NCBI GenBank assembly: GCA_977030845.1
Contig: OZ365116.1
Coordinates: 22,072,001-22,136,000 of the forward strand
Direction of reading: 5' to 3'
DNA length: 64,000 bases
DNA from: Fimbriosthenelais zetlandica
Lineage: Eukaryota
The notes under the pieces were generated by a model. The model searched no databases. It was not told the origin of the DNA and saw nothing but the letters and a program-made list of their open reading frames with translations. This document shows, in pieces, positions 51,901-64,000 of this stretch. Both the position numbers and the translations under genes were made by a program. Numbering within the stretch: position 1 is the first letter of the stretch; the number at the start of each line of letters is the position of its first letter.

Positions 51901-53029
51901 GCAGAGAGTATCAGTGTCAGGGAAGAGTAAAGCTAAAACTTCTTCAAGATGAAGCTCGGTGCTTTCTCCTCCTTTCTTCAGGAGGGTGGTGTAAGGGAAT
52001 GTACCTAGGTAGACAGAGGTTTAATTTCATGATCAGCATTTGTGGGCGTACCTCACTCACGATAAGCCGGCCACGGGGGATGAGCTTTGTGCAGTGAAGG
52101 GTGTGGACGATAAGAGGTGAGGGATTATGGAGGGACAGTGAGACAGGGGCAAGAGAAAGCCCACATCAATCATTGGTCAGTAGGGGTACAAGGTGAGTCC
52201 GCCCATGGTGTGACCATGTCCAGTCTCACTGTAACCCTGGCCTCTCCTTATGCCCCAGGGTGGCTGACCACTGGGTCACCACAAAGTGGCTCACTCCTGC
52301 CTAGCTGACCAGCAGGTCCCATGGGGAGATGATCTGACCCCTGTGAAGCTATTAACTGCCTCCCAACTCGCCTCTTCTAATCCATCTGACTGAAATCTGG
52401 CCATCCCCCTGTTATGACCTAGCTCTGCCTCTAAGCCTCTCTGGTTTAGTGACTATCAGGAAACGTGTCGTCTAAAATGAAGATTTTATCCTGAAACTAC
52501 ACTAAAAGTCCCGGTTAACCCTGCGAGAAAAGGCTTTAGTAAAGCATTGAAGCCAAAGCCTCAGATTTGATAGCAAGTGATGGCTTCTCATATACATCGA
52601 TGATATGATTATGAGACATGTATGCATCAATACTTGAAAAATACTGTGTAGCAGGACATAGAGGACTTTAGATGCTAGATCTGCCTGCAACTTGTTGGAA
52701 TTTGCCAATGAAATAAAGCAGCTTGCCTAAAAGGAAGCAGTCTCTGGAATTTTGTGATTCATGTTGAAGAAAGCATTTCTCACAATAAATTTCATTGCCT
52801 TTCCCTTGCCATTGACGATAAGTTGTTTTGGATGCAATTAACGGAAGGAATTCCAGTGCGATGGCATACTTATTTATGTATTTTCATCATTAAATTCCAT
52901 TGTTTGGTTCAGAGACTTACGATGTGGGATAGGACATAACGGGATATGAGGAAATTGATTGGCGGCTTGAGGTTTTTGCCTTTGAAATAACCGTCATTAT
53001 CCTAAATGCCTTCAAGCTAAAAGCTCAGC

Positions 53030-53530
53030 AAATCAAACAGGAGGCTTTCAGTCCATTCCCTCCCATCAACTCAGTTCTAACAGTGCGGTCTTTTAAACAT
53101 ACTACAGGGTTTGTGCTTAATTTTTTGTCGAGTTTCAGCCATCCGGGTTGATGGGCTTTAAAATCCATTAGTGCAGGTAGTTCTCCCGTGGCATTCATTC
53201 TCCCTAGCATTCTTCTCAGTTAATTTCCCGTTTAAGTATACTCTCTCATATCCCCCCCCCTCCCACCTTCCTATATGTCTTGCAAGTGTTAAACAACACA
53301 AAGAATGTTTACAGGGACATTTAATGCATCGTCGCATATTTCACCATTCGGTTTCATGGCACAGATATCGATTACCATGCAATGCATACCTTGGGATTTT
53401 GATTTTGTCCAAAAGATGGGTATGAATCTTCAATTGTTTCTTTTTGTATGCCTTTTTAAGCCTAATATCACGAGAATGGGTTCATATTCTGAATGTTTTA
53501 AAGTTGAATCTCGGATTATTATTCATGAAT
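53030..53530. mobile_element. Two adjacent, oppositely oriented decayed LINE RT fragments
   Basis: Minus strand 53030-53190: LMDFKA...WLKL...LKDRTVRTEL. Plus strand 53370-53530: QKMGMN...RMGSYSECFKVE (~VR+G...S..F.VE.G). Confidence 0.38.
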
Positions 53531-54594
53531 AAGCTCCATCAAACAAAATGAAGACTACAGTGTGTGTGTCCTGTTATGACCTAATGTACACCAGGCTGCC
53601 AATGATAATAGCTTATCATGCAATGCCGAAAGCTTGTGTTGAGATTATTAATGCAGGTCCATATGAAAGATGTCCGTAGGAAAGCAGGAGGTTGCCGCGG
53701 GCCCTGTATGCCTGCAGGGTGTAGGTGGTCTAACATTCCTAGTTGTCCTACACTCCTTATTGCTAGGTTTTCCACTGTAGGTTTCTACATAATTATGAAT
53801 ACCACTAAACTAAAGACGAAATAAAGCTTTGTTACATGGTCTTGAGGAAGAAATTGACCACAAATATCCCCTTAGTTAATAAACCTAGTTCGCGCTCTTA
53901 CAAGGAAATTGAAAATATTCAGTAGAGAGGAATTATTGGCAAGGTGGGATGACATGGACTGTTGACAGGGGATCCGTTAATGGATCTGATGTGAGAGTCA
54001 GGGATGGGGGCAGAGAGAGGGGGAGATGGTTGTTAAGCATGATATGGGTTACTGACCGTCACATCGTTCATGGCGTGAGTCTGTGAGGGCTATACTTTGT
54101 ACCCCACAGCGATTAACCAGTGTGGTGAGGTCACGATCCCTGACCACCTCTCATCGATGCTAAAACAAACCAAGCAGCTGATTCTGGAGACTTTTAGGTT
54201 CTCTGACATCGTCTATAGCTTTTGTAAATGCCATCAGTGTAATTCCAATATAAAGATAAGGATAACTATATATGCAGATCATAGCCTAGAGAAGGCATGT
54301 TGGCTAGAAAGAACACAGCCTGAACCCCCTACCAAATCCCCCTGCCTAATCCTTAAAATGTAGCAAAGAGCTTGTGAACCTGCAACCAGCCAGCACAGGA
54401 GGTGAAGTGAATGATGCCAGCTCAGAAGCCAAATCCCCGGGAGTATTTGCACCTCTCTACAGGTTAAATTTACTCTGCTGCCCATGTTCCCCTCCAGTGA
54501 TTGATTCCTATAGAGCATACAAAGTGAGGCACACCCTGGAGGGAGGACTGAGACCTCTCCCATCACCAAGTAAAGGACAGTGGAGGTTGACAGG

Positions 54595-55000
54595 GAGGGC
54601 CAGTAAGGGACCTGATGGTCTCACAAGGTGGACTCTGTGAATAGACACACCAAGACGACCAATATTGGTTTTGCCTGATCAGCGCCTTGCGCGATCATTT
54701 GGAAGCGTGATGTAGAGAGAGGTGGCCATGTTTGCCAATACCTGTCAATGGTAACACTGGGTTCAGCACGGAGGTGAGAGGGGCTGGCATCGATACATCT
54801 ACCCCTGTACACAGAGCTCCCGGGGTTGACAAAGCTGACTCTATGAGTAGGGCATAAATACATAGCTAAATCTTCCTCAAGGCTGTGCCATAGCCTTGTG
54901 GTTAAAATGGTTAAAATGACTGGAAATGTATACAAGGAATTGTTCGCAAGACATTCCAAGTTTGTTGGATGCTTGTGAAGGTTGCGATCCCCCCTGAGGA
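54595..55000 (+). mobile_element. Decayed L1/Tx1-like RT fragment
   Basis: SKGPDGLT (~K.PGPDGLT), DKADSMS (~EKA+D.+), KWLK.LEMY and EGCDP (~QG.P). Confidence 0.42.
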
Positions 55001-55169
55001 TTCTATACATAGTCAGCGGCCTTGGGAGTGTGGTGGAGGAGTCTGACTATATCTATGTGTGAGGCCATGGGAGAGAAACAAGATCCTCTTATCCTGCTCT
55101 CTGTCATCTTAGATACACATACTGAAGTCAGTGCTCACAAAGCTCTCACAATCCTCTTGTAATTGCTTA

Positions 55170-55305
55170 CCTCGCTCTCCCTCTCTCTTTCTCTACCTCT
55201 CTCCCTCTCCTCCCTATTACATCTCTTACTCTGCCCCTCCCCTCTCTCTTTACTATCTTCTCTCCCTCGCCATATTCTGTTCTCCATCTTACCTCTCTCT
55301 CTCTA
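55170..55305 (+). repeat. CT-rich low-complexity tract
   Basis: Pyrimidine-rich degenerate CT repeat; a similar C-rich stretch lies at about 55836-55935. Confidence 0.8.
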
Positions 55306-57419
55306 ACCATCATATGACTTTCCCATCAGTCCGAAAATACCTTATCTTATTGAAGGTATTCCTTGCTTTGAAGTCGATATGATATGAAGTATGGCAGGGC
55401 ATATACCTATACCTGAATGCCAAACGATGCCAGGCAACGAATCATAATTCACGCGGCTCATTAGCAACTATTTCATCTATAACTGATGTTGTGGAGCGGC
55501 AGTATTGCCAGGCCTATATACCATATCTCCATACAGAATGAGCTGCATGTCTAATGTCAATAAATATTGTGGGTCGTGTTTTCCACTGTTACTAAATCAC
55601 TCTGTGTGGTGGGATAATTAAAGCTCATTATGTTAAATTATCACCAGCATCGTATGACATGCTTATATATCCTCAATGGGAACAACCTCTTATTAGGGGG
55701 GACGAGATCTATTGGACAATTTACAATCGGATACTAATTGATCTTTTCTCCATTAAAACCTAAATATATTATATTCCACGTCGCTCATCGGTTGCCTTAT
55801 AAAGCCATTGAGCCAGACATGCCTGGGTTATCTGCCTTCTCCTCGTCAAATCTCTCTCTTTTCCCCTTCCGGTCCCTCTTAATCCCCCTTCTCTATCCCC
55901 TACCCCCACCTCCTCAGTCCCCTCCTTTTCGTCCATACCAGATCTAGTCAGTGGTGAGATTAATAGAGTCTGACCATCAATTTGCTTCTGATATAAGCCG
56001 TCCACGGCGCCTGGTTCACCCCACTTCACCTCTATCTGTCAATCCTTGACTATTATTGTCATATAAAGACATTCCCAGCACATGAAGAGCATACGCAGTG
56101 GACCTAACTAAAGGCAGACTTGATCTCGTTTGGAATTATCGCCCCAGCCCCCCACCTCCTACCCAGCCCCTGTCTGCCGCGTCTCGCCTATATAAATATC
56201 CAATGGGTCGCCTTGAGCTTATATGCATTCCTTGTTTATGATTGCCTCTTAACTAAATTAGCATTCAACACACGAAACCTGAGAACTGTCTCCTGAAAGT
56301 GAACTTCGCACCCTTTGTTATTACTAATTACTGAGCTGAGAATATTCTTGCAGGTCGACTAGCCTTCAATTGTAATGGACGGTAGAGGGATTGTTAAATA
56401 TTACAGGCAGTGTTATGCCTGGAATAGGGACCCATCTGAAGGCTTTAGATCTGACATTAAATATTACTATCTCATCCTATGGCTGCGATCTACACTGGCC
56501 AGTAGAGCTACATATGATGCCAGCCCTGAAGGTCCGAACCGAGGAATATTTCTTCTCTTAAAGGTGTGTTAATCGCTCGAACTCCAGCGAGAGAAGCAGG
56601 GATGGTTTGGTCCATAGGTGGCGGGCCTGGGTGTGGAGAATGTTGTAAGAAGGGCCTGGAGGTATATCCCTGGTGTGAACACTGATTTCTCCAGGGTCCC
56701 GCCTAGTTAACACACCACCTGGGTGTACTCAAATCAACCCACAAACTTTAAACATTTACATATTATCACCACCTAACAATACTAAACACCTAAGCACTAA
56801 ATATAGTAATCCCAGAGGAGACAAACCTCGTAGTTGAACAACATAAGTATTCCATTTGCTGCCAAATCTCCTCCGCAGAATCCAAAGAAGATTAAACACA
56901 TTTTAAAGCACTGTGTCGGCCTTTCGCAGTTTGCATCACAACTAGTAGCCACCCAGATTGTCACTGTATTAATTGCATCTCCTTTTCTATCACAAATAAT
57001 CAGCTCCATTTGTTTCTATTTGTTTGAGGTAATTTTGACCCATTAACTGTACCAATCTCATTTTTTGGGTGGTGGAAGGAAGATGCTTCTCGCTGGAGGG
57101 CAGATAAGTTAACTCCCAATACTTTGAGGAAAAGTATGTTTGACAACTGAAATTGCCCCACAAAACTAGTTTAATTCATTCCCACATTTTACCGCGAACA
57201 GGGCCTAAAGAGATTGGAAGATAAGAACATTTGAGCAAAGGTTCGCTGCCAATGGTAAATTACTATAATGCAGTCATGCATTGGGACCTTAATGAAAAGT
57301 GTTTTATTCCATTAGCAAGCGCTAGTCAAATCCTCTCTCCCTCACCGAGCCTGGTCCTCCTCTCCAATGCCTTCTAATTTAAGTTTTAGTTTTGGTTCCG
57401 ATGACATGGATTAAATTTT

Positions 57420-58190
57420 GACCGGTTGGCTTGCACACCCTGTGATCATTGACTGTCACAGGTTTAATCCACCCTCGGAGCAAATTAAAAGCTCTCAGTG
57501 ATTAAAATCGAGGGAACTGATTATATCACCACATTCATTTTGGGGGATTTTACCTTCACTGTGTCTGGAGCGATGATGCAACTTGAATATGTTTATCGCA
57601 TCTGCTGTCAAATTGATCAAAAGGCATTGAAATCTATTACTGCTTTTAACATTCTGTAAATCTCCTGGGAAATTTGGACGGAATTTAGGTAAACTTGATA
57701 GGATTGAACACTGATAGGATTTGATGTTGAAAAACATATTTCAGTGATGAATGGCAAGGCTTTACACTTGCCAAAAAGAATCTGTCTTCACTGCGTGGTC
57801 CATTCAGTGTCGTTTCTTTTACCTCTAACCTTATATAGTACAGTAAGTACAGGACAAAGTAAATTGGTTTGAGAAATACAAATCAAATGCTACCTATTTC
57901 TCGTTTATGTACATATATTGGATTGCTTAAAAGCTCATTAGTAGCTATGGAAGTTCATGGAAATTGAAAGCATTTGATCCAGATGGCATTTATAAAATCA
58001 TAATCATAATCATGTGGAGAATGCTGTGCAAAGATCAGGTTTCCCACCATGGCATGCATAAGCAATGAGGCAAAAGGTAAACGCAAAATTTGCTCATTGA
58101 TGTCACCAGTACTTTGGCAAAGACAGTCACAGGCAAAGGATAAGTCTCCACATACTGATTTAGGATAAGAGGCAGCAGTAATTGAAGAGT
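57420..58190 (+). mobile_element. Decayed CR1/L2-like ORF2 (endonuclease plus pre-RT)
   Basis: VII....FNPP (~YRPP), ILGDF (~GDFN), KLDRI (~LD.I), DPDGIY (~GPDGI) and NAVQRSGFPPWHA (~N.S...G.+P..WK.A). Confidence 0.45.
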
Positions 58191-58291
58191 ACATACCCTT
58201 CTTCTAGAAGATTAAATAAGATTAACATGACACTTGAGCATAGCGGATAAAAGCATGATGGATGTTGCTGAAATTCCTGACATAAATGATA

Positions 58292-59010
58292 CTCCTTTCT
58301 CCCTCCTTCTCTCTCTTTCTCTCTCCTTCTCACTCTCTTCTCTCCCCCTCCCTCTCTCCTCTCTCTCTCCCTCTCTCTCCTTCTCTTTCACCCTCTTTCA
58401 CCCTCTTTATATCCCTCTCCCTCTCTCCTCTCTTTCTCTCTCCCCTTTCTTTGTTTCTTTGAACCTCTCTCACGGCCTACCATCCTCTTTCCCTATCCCA
58501 TTCCCTTCCCATTTCCTCCTCTTCCCCTGTCTCCTATTCTTCCTCGCACCCTAGAACTCCTCTCCTCTAATGACTGATTCCTCATTCAAATTGCTCCTGG
58601 GACTCAATTCCACTCAAAGGGAGCAGTTGGTTTTGAAGTGGTCGACAGTAAGCAGCTTCCTCAGCTAGTAAAGGAGCGAGTGGTGGTTGGCAGTGGAGGC
58701 TTCCTATTAAAGCTACAAAGACAAGCTATCTCTCACATGTCACTCTCCATATCTTATACCTTCATCTAGCTGACCTCCCTCCCCTCTCCCACCCACCCTC
58801 CACTCCCCCCACCTTCACTCCCAGTCTTTGCCTACTTCTAACCCCAACCCCCCAGCCTCTACCCCTCCCACCCCCACTTCATTCCCAGCCTTCCCCATTC
58901 CCCCCAGCTTCCCTCATTCTTCCCAGCCTCCCCCATCCACTCCCAACCTCCCCCATTCCCTCCCAACCTCCTCATCCTTTCCTCCTCTGCCTCCAAACAC
59001 CATGCCCCTA
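58292..59010 (+). repeat. Two pyrimidine-rich low-complexity tracts
   Basis: CT repeat at about 58292-58568 and C-rich CCCCA/CCCAGC tract at about 58772-59010. Confidence 0.88.
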
Positions 59011-59548
59011 TGACGACAATTTATTCTCAATTTCTTAGGGAATATTGGCATTAGCAAAACTTCGAACGTAATTAGATCCTGCACGGGGATTAGGATCTAA
59101 GTTATGGCTAGCGCTGTAAGGAATTTCCCCTGAGAAGGGAAGGCGTTCCTTGTACTATTGCTATTTTGAAGTGTATTTCATCACCTGTTGAAGAATTTCA
59201 TTCTCGGCATACACTCTCCCGTGAATCAAATCTTGTGGTTTCATCTGATAACCAGTTCCTGGAAAGTGTTGAATTTTAGTGATTTGACTGACAATTTGTG
59301 GCCTGCAGTTCCTCCCTTAAATCTGTGTTGTTAACAGTTGTTAAGCTAATTAATCTGTTGTGATATTGAAGACCAGAAAATAAAAACACCTATTAAATTC
59401 TCCACCATGAGATCAGAGGTATTTAAGTACATCCGTTATTCAGCTATAATAACATGTCAACAACTGTCTTCTCTCATCTACTTTTTGCACTATCTTGTCA
59501 AATGTAGTTTTGCATTCGATATTAATAGCTGTGTTATTTGTTTTGCAG

Positions 59549-59621
59549 GTTTCTGACTGCAAAAGCGAAGCGTAGGACATGCTTGCCTTTTGTAAAGCGA
59601 ATCTTGCTGGTTTCACTCTGG
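59549..59621 (+). CDS. TMTC1: TMTC1-like coding exon
   Basis: Acceptor ttttgcag|G, donor TGG|gtaagt; 73 nt, phase 2 to 0. Encodes FLTAKAKRRTCLPFVKRILLVSLW; PF.KR..LV resembles TMTC1 and the phases bridge the flanking exons exactly. Confidence 0.85.
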
Positions 59622-60519
59622 GTAAGTATGTTTATGAGCTGTCCAGAGAGCTAATAAACTGATTTATCATTGAGATGGGAATTTGGAACTCTATAATTCT
59701 GGTCTTCAAGGGACCATTAAGTGATATATTGTGAAAAATATTTCCAAACCAAGGCCATAACCAAACATATATAACCTGGCAAAATGTTACAAGGAAGTAT
59801 AACTGATATCATTAATATTATCGAGTGATAAAATTGAACAATTACTGTGGAAATCAGAGCTGTACCATGTGCACCCAATCTAATGAAGTGGGAGGCAGAA
59901 GTCTGTTCCATTCCTTCATCCATAGCTCCTTCTCCTCTTCTCCTTTCCCTCGTATCGACCCTTAATACATTATCCTCTTCCCTTGCTGAACCCTTTCCTG
60001 ACTCAAATACCTGTCCTCTAGATCTGTTCCCCATTTCCCACTTTCCATCTCCTTATCTCTTCTCGGCATAATTCCTGATAAAACACCCCATCTAATACAT
60101 AATGCACACGAGAGAAGTGATGAATTCCCCCAGATATGAGATGAGATATGAGATCATATCTAATGCAGGAGATAAGTCAGATTCAACTTGTCACCTCGTG
60201 TCTCTCCTCCCCAACCAACACATATTACTAATACGACTCAGCATGTTGCTGCCCTCAAATACAACCAAAATTAATTTCCATATGAAAGATGAAACCATGC
60301 ACCTTTTGACATTGCAATTTGTAAATTCAATCTGCCATTTAGATTTCATGGAGACATTTCACTTTCCTTTCTCCCACCTTCCTATTACCTGCCTAAAAAG
60401 CTTATTTCTGATTTCCCATGAGTGAATCGTATTGTGTCCTATGTCCTAAGGCCAGACTGTGTGTGTTCTTCCTTTATATGGACTAATCAGAAATTGGTGC
60501 ATTGGGAATCATCACATCC

Positions 60520-60790
60520 GGCAGGCATGGAAAGGGAGGGAGATGGAGAGAAATATGTGGCCATTGCAACATTACCAGAAAGAGAGAGGATTTCTGTCAC
60601 TCAGAATAACAATGTAGAAGTGATGACAGCTTCTATCTTCACATCAATAATAATGCTCACATCTCTGGCTCACACAAACATCAATATATATACTACAACT
60701 CCATGGAGTGTTAAAGTAGAAAGTAGCTTTTCCTATAGTTGCTTGCGACATCCAAGCTGCTGTGTGACTTTAGAATCACACATTCCAACT
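60520..60790 (+). mobile_element. Possible decayed LINE endonuclease fragment
   Basis: REGDGEKYVAI (~R...GGGVAI), VEVM, NIYTTTP (~IYRPP) and LLCDF (~GDF). Confidence 0.3.
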
Positions 60791-62105
60791 TTCCTATTAA
60801 TTTTTTCATTTGAAAGTTTCCAACTTTCATATGACTTGAGGCAAGCATCAAGTGTTTACTACTACCAGGTATCATTTTGTTATTAGTTCGAGGAAACCTC
60901 AATTTTCACCCTCTTATCGTTGTCCTCAAAATCGTGTTTTTAGGAGGGAAACTTCTCCCATGGGCTGGGCTGGAGTCCCAGCATTGTTAGCTTATAAGTG
61001 CCACTCAGGGACTAGGAAATCACATTTGAAATTACTTGCGCTCATTTTATTGCTTTAATCACTAGGTTCAAGGGGCCTTCCAATCCAATTATATCATGAG
61101 ATTTCTTACAAGACCATTGATAGTTACAGTCGGATGGCTGGGCAAACCAAGCAGAGAGTCCTTCCACTTCTTTTTTCTTCCTCTGACATCTTGAATAGTC
61201 AAACCGGAGGGAGAGTGTGACTAAATCAGATTATAAGGTGTGAATGAGCAGTTAGTGAGCCAATATGGCAGAGGAGTTACTCCCCAGCCGGGCCTTGGGT
61301 CTTAATATTAGAACATGACCAGATTTAACTGACGGAGTTGATTAATGAAGCTCAGAAGAAAATTAGATTTGGAGTATTACATCTGCACGGCTCTAGGCAC
61401 AAGTGTTAGTCTATTGCCACTACCAACGGTGCTGTAATCAAATACAAACCTTCCATAAGCATATATCACTCCCTCCCTTTCTGCCTATCTATCCGCACAT
61501 CGCTGTAAAAGTTTATTTTTGTCAAAACAGACATAGATGTTCAGATTGGTTGTCATGAAGTTGTTGATAAGGGAAGTTTAGGAAGTGTGAGTGTGCTGGG
61601 AATCTCTCAACTTGGAATATTTCCACTTTTTCATATGTTTACACTAGATCACAGCTTGGGGAAGATTTGACTGAGAAGCTTTGCATTTCATAAAGCAGAG
61701 CATTGCTAGAACTGGTGTGAAAGGCGAAACTTGATGCATTCTGTACTATGTAGAAAGATTTCTATACAGAACTTCTGATTGATATTAGATCAATATTTCC
61801 TTTCAATTTCTACACATGTTGCCATTCAAAGCACATAGTTTTCATGCTTATACGTTATATATATGAAATGCAGCATAGGCAAACGTATTTCCAGAAAGAA
61901 GAGGCAGAAGCTTCTATAGGTGTTTTATATATGCTGGTCTGTTTAACTTAAACATTAGCCCCAGCCTCTGATGTCATACTAAGGGGAAGAACATCGATTA
62001 GACTTCAAAAGGTTAAATATGGAAGCTTTATGTGGGTGATGCACCCTGAGGCCAAGTCAATAGGCAAAGGAGGTCCCCAACATAGCTGCAGGTGGTGAGA
62101 GCAGA

Positions 62106-62119
62106 CTGCCCCCTGGTAG
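62106..62119 (-). promoter_or_regulatory. CTCF-like motif
   Basis: The reverse complement CTACCAGGGGGCAG is one mismatch from CCACCAGGGGGCAG. Motif match only. Confidence 0.4.
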
Positions 62120-62708
62120 ATGCCACTGTATCATCGTATATATACTGTACTACTGATGGTTTTATCGCTTGGCCCCTGCCCTCAAGCCAGACCCAGACAA
62201 GCAGACCCAGAGAAACAATTAACTGAAGGCCCGAGCCTACGGCTGGAGGATTTAGCATTTCTCCAACCAACGGCTGAGGCTCTCTGCTCAACTGGCCAGA
62301 CTATTATTAGAATGATGGCTTTCCACACACTCCAGTAGCGCTGCATCTCCCTCCTGCCTCTTTCTAGACAGTCTGTTGGGAGACTCTGATCAAACTGTCT
62401 CTCGGAAAACCGAGCCTCTAACTCAACCAATAACAGACCTTCATTCCCACCACCTATATCTTGACATCCTTTCTGTTTGGGACCTAACTCTGATATTCTA
62501 TTTTACATTTGGCCATGCAAGATCCCATCCAGAAATAAAGACATATGTGCACAGCCATTTATTGTGGTTTTCATAGAGCTATTTCTATATTTATTTGAGG
62601 TAAATGTCCCATCCATAGATGTCCCATCATCAAATACAGAGAATTGCGAGTAGAATATCAGTAGAAGTTTGTAGCCTTGGATGTGACCATGTTTCTCCTT
62701 CTTTACAG

Positions 62709-62812
62709 CTGTTGTTGCTGATGACCGTCCGAGTGTGGATGATGGGTGGCCAGCCACCTTCCTTCAGACCAGAGGACAACCCAGCAGCTGCCGCAGACTG
62801 CCTCCTACAGAG
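62709..62812 (+). CDS. TMTC1: TMTC1-like coding exon (start of DUF1736 region)
   Basis: Acceptor ttctttacag|CTG, donor CAGAG|gtgagc; 104 nt, phase 0 to 2. Encodes LLLLMTVRVWMMGGQPPSFRPEDNPAAAADCLLQ(R), with the TMTC R.W.MGG..P.F...DNPA motif. Confidence 0.93.
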
Positions 62813-63534
62813 GTGAGCCTTCCACTCCTCAAACAATGCCTCGTTTCTTCCCTCTGTATTCCTGCCACATACACAACAGAGACACAGTTACTTATGCATT
62901 TATAATGGCCATTGTACATTCACATGTATGGCTTGTTCAGTTTTTCTGCTGGAAAAGTGCACCAAAAATATCTGCACACTCGAAAGACAATGAATATAGC
63001 TTCCCTTGTTATTTACTTTCTTATCCCAAGTCTCCTTTTATTGAATTTACTCTACTGTCTGATAACTTTGAGTGAATTACTTGTATGTCCCAGGCTTTTT
63101 TCTCTTTCAATTTCATTGTCTTTCAATATGCAACAGTTCTTGTTCTGAAATGAACGATTTGTAAGCATCAAAGTTTACCTTATTAATATGATTTGAAGTC
63201 AGTTGAGATTTAGTTTCCTTTCTTTCCCATTCATGCTTCCTTTTTCAACTTTGATGAATTTGCCTTTAATGTATAACTGAAATACGATTTGATTATTCTT
63301 CTTGAGTTTCCTATTGACACAATGACACTCCTATCTCATATATAAGCTTATAGAACCCATTGAAAAATGAATGCATAGAAAGGACTTTGTTGCGAAAGGA
63401 GATGTATCTGTTTCGCTAATTAGTAAGATGAACTAATTGCATGTGGTATCCTCAGTTGTCATTGCTGGGAATGACCCAGCAGTATTGAGGCATCACAGAT
63501 GTATGTATGTATCTCCTCCTGTGTTCTCCTCCAG

Positions 63535-63724
63535 GCTGCTGACCCACGTCTATGTCTACAGCCTCAATGCCTGGCTGCTCATCTTCCCCCTCCATCTCAG
63601 CTATGACTGGCAGATGGGAAGTGTTCCCTTGGTCAACTCGCTAACTGATACCCGCAATCTCTTCTCCTTGGCCTTCCTCTCTTCACTTGCTGCTTTGTCA
63701 GCTATGTCTTGGTACAAAGTCAAG
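63535..63724 (+). CDS. TMTC1: TMTC1-like coding exon (DUF1736 region)
   Basis: Acceptor ttctcctccag|G, donor AAG|gtaaac; 190 nt, phase 2 to 0. Encodes LLTHVYVYSLNAWLLIFPLHLSYDWQMGSVPLVNSLTDTRNLFSLAFLSSLAALSAMSWYKVK, with N.WLL..P..L.YDWQ.GS.PLV....D.RNL. Confidence 0.94.
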
Positions 63725-64000
63725 GTAAACGTTTTTTAAAGTCAAAATGATGTATTCTTGATACTACTTTACAGGCCCCAAGAAAATAAACCAACTCATT
63801 GACTGTAAGGCAAACCTTATTGACTATCATTGTCATGCTATTCCTCTATTGGTTGGACAGGTATACTCCTAATTAAATCTCTTTGGGCGTGATTAATGAT
63901 ATCTGGCTTAGTGTAACATGGTTTGCCATTGATCGAAGCATTCAATAATAATGTGCTAGCTAAGATGTCTAGAATTCATTATTGCTTGCGGAAACTTCTT

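Noticed and set aside
49949-59548. An extra alternatively spliced segment, which I recall from long vertebrate TMTC1 isoforms at this position
   Set aside because: Read-through of the donor hits a stop within about 20 codons, and no candidate phase 2-2 exon with similar content was found.
1-64000. Prokaryotic-type systems (CRISPR arrays, operons, defence loci), rRNA or tRNA genes
   Set aside because: The DNA is clearly a spliced animal gene. No repeat-spacer array, rRNA signature or tRNA cloverleaf was seen.

Overview
This is animal nuclear DNA, probably from a non-vertebrate bilaterian; the species cannot be identified from sequence alone. The window lies inside one + strand gene, a TMTC-family protein O-mannosyltransferase most similar to TMTC1. 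Six internal coding exons (3472-3649, 27181-27254, 49775-49948, 59549-59621, 62709-62812, 63535-63724; 793 nt) have GT-AG boundaries with matching phases and splice into one open frame covering the membrane and DUF1736 region. The start codon and TPR exons lie outside the window. About 98.8% of the window is intron. The introns hold many heavily decayed transposon fossils (CR1/L2-, L1/Tx1-, RTE-like LINEs, a Gypsy-like RT, a possible Helitron Rep piece), a few small inverted-repeat elements, CT-rich tracts and short tandem duplications. I found no intact transposon ORF, nested gene, RNA gene or CRISPR array, and nothing I can support as a new biological system. The best leads are regulatory or structural: a promoter-like RFX/ETS/CCAAT island at about 5.3-5.7 kb, further X-boxes in the first 1.4 kb, an apparently young CpG-rich MITE at 40.8-41.1 kb, CTCF-like motifs, and a cryptic donor that could create a 14-nt poison microexon. 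Transposon calls are by-eye motif matches with approximate boundaries.
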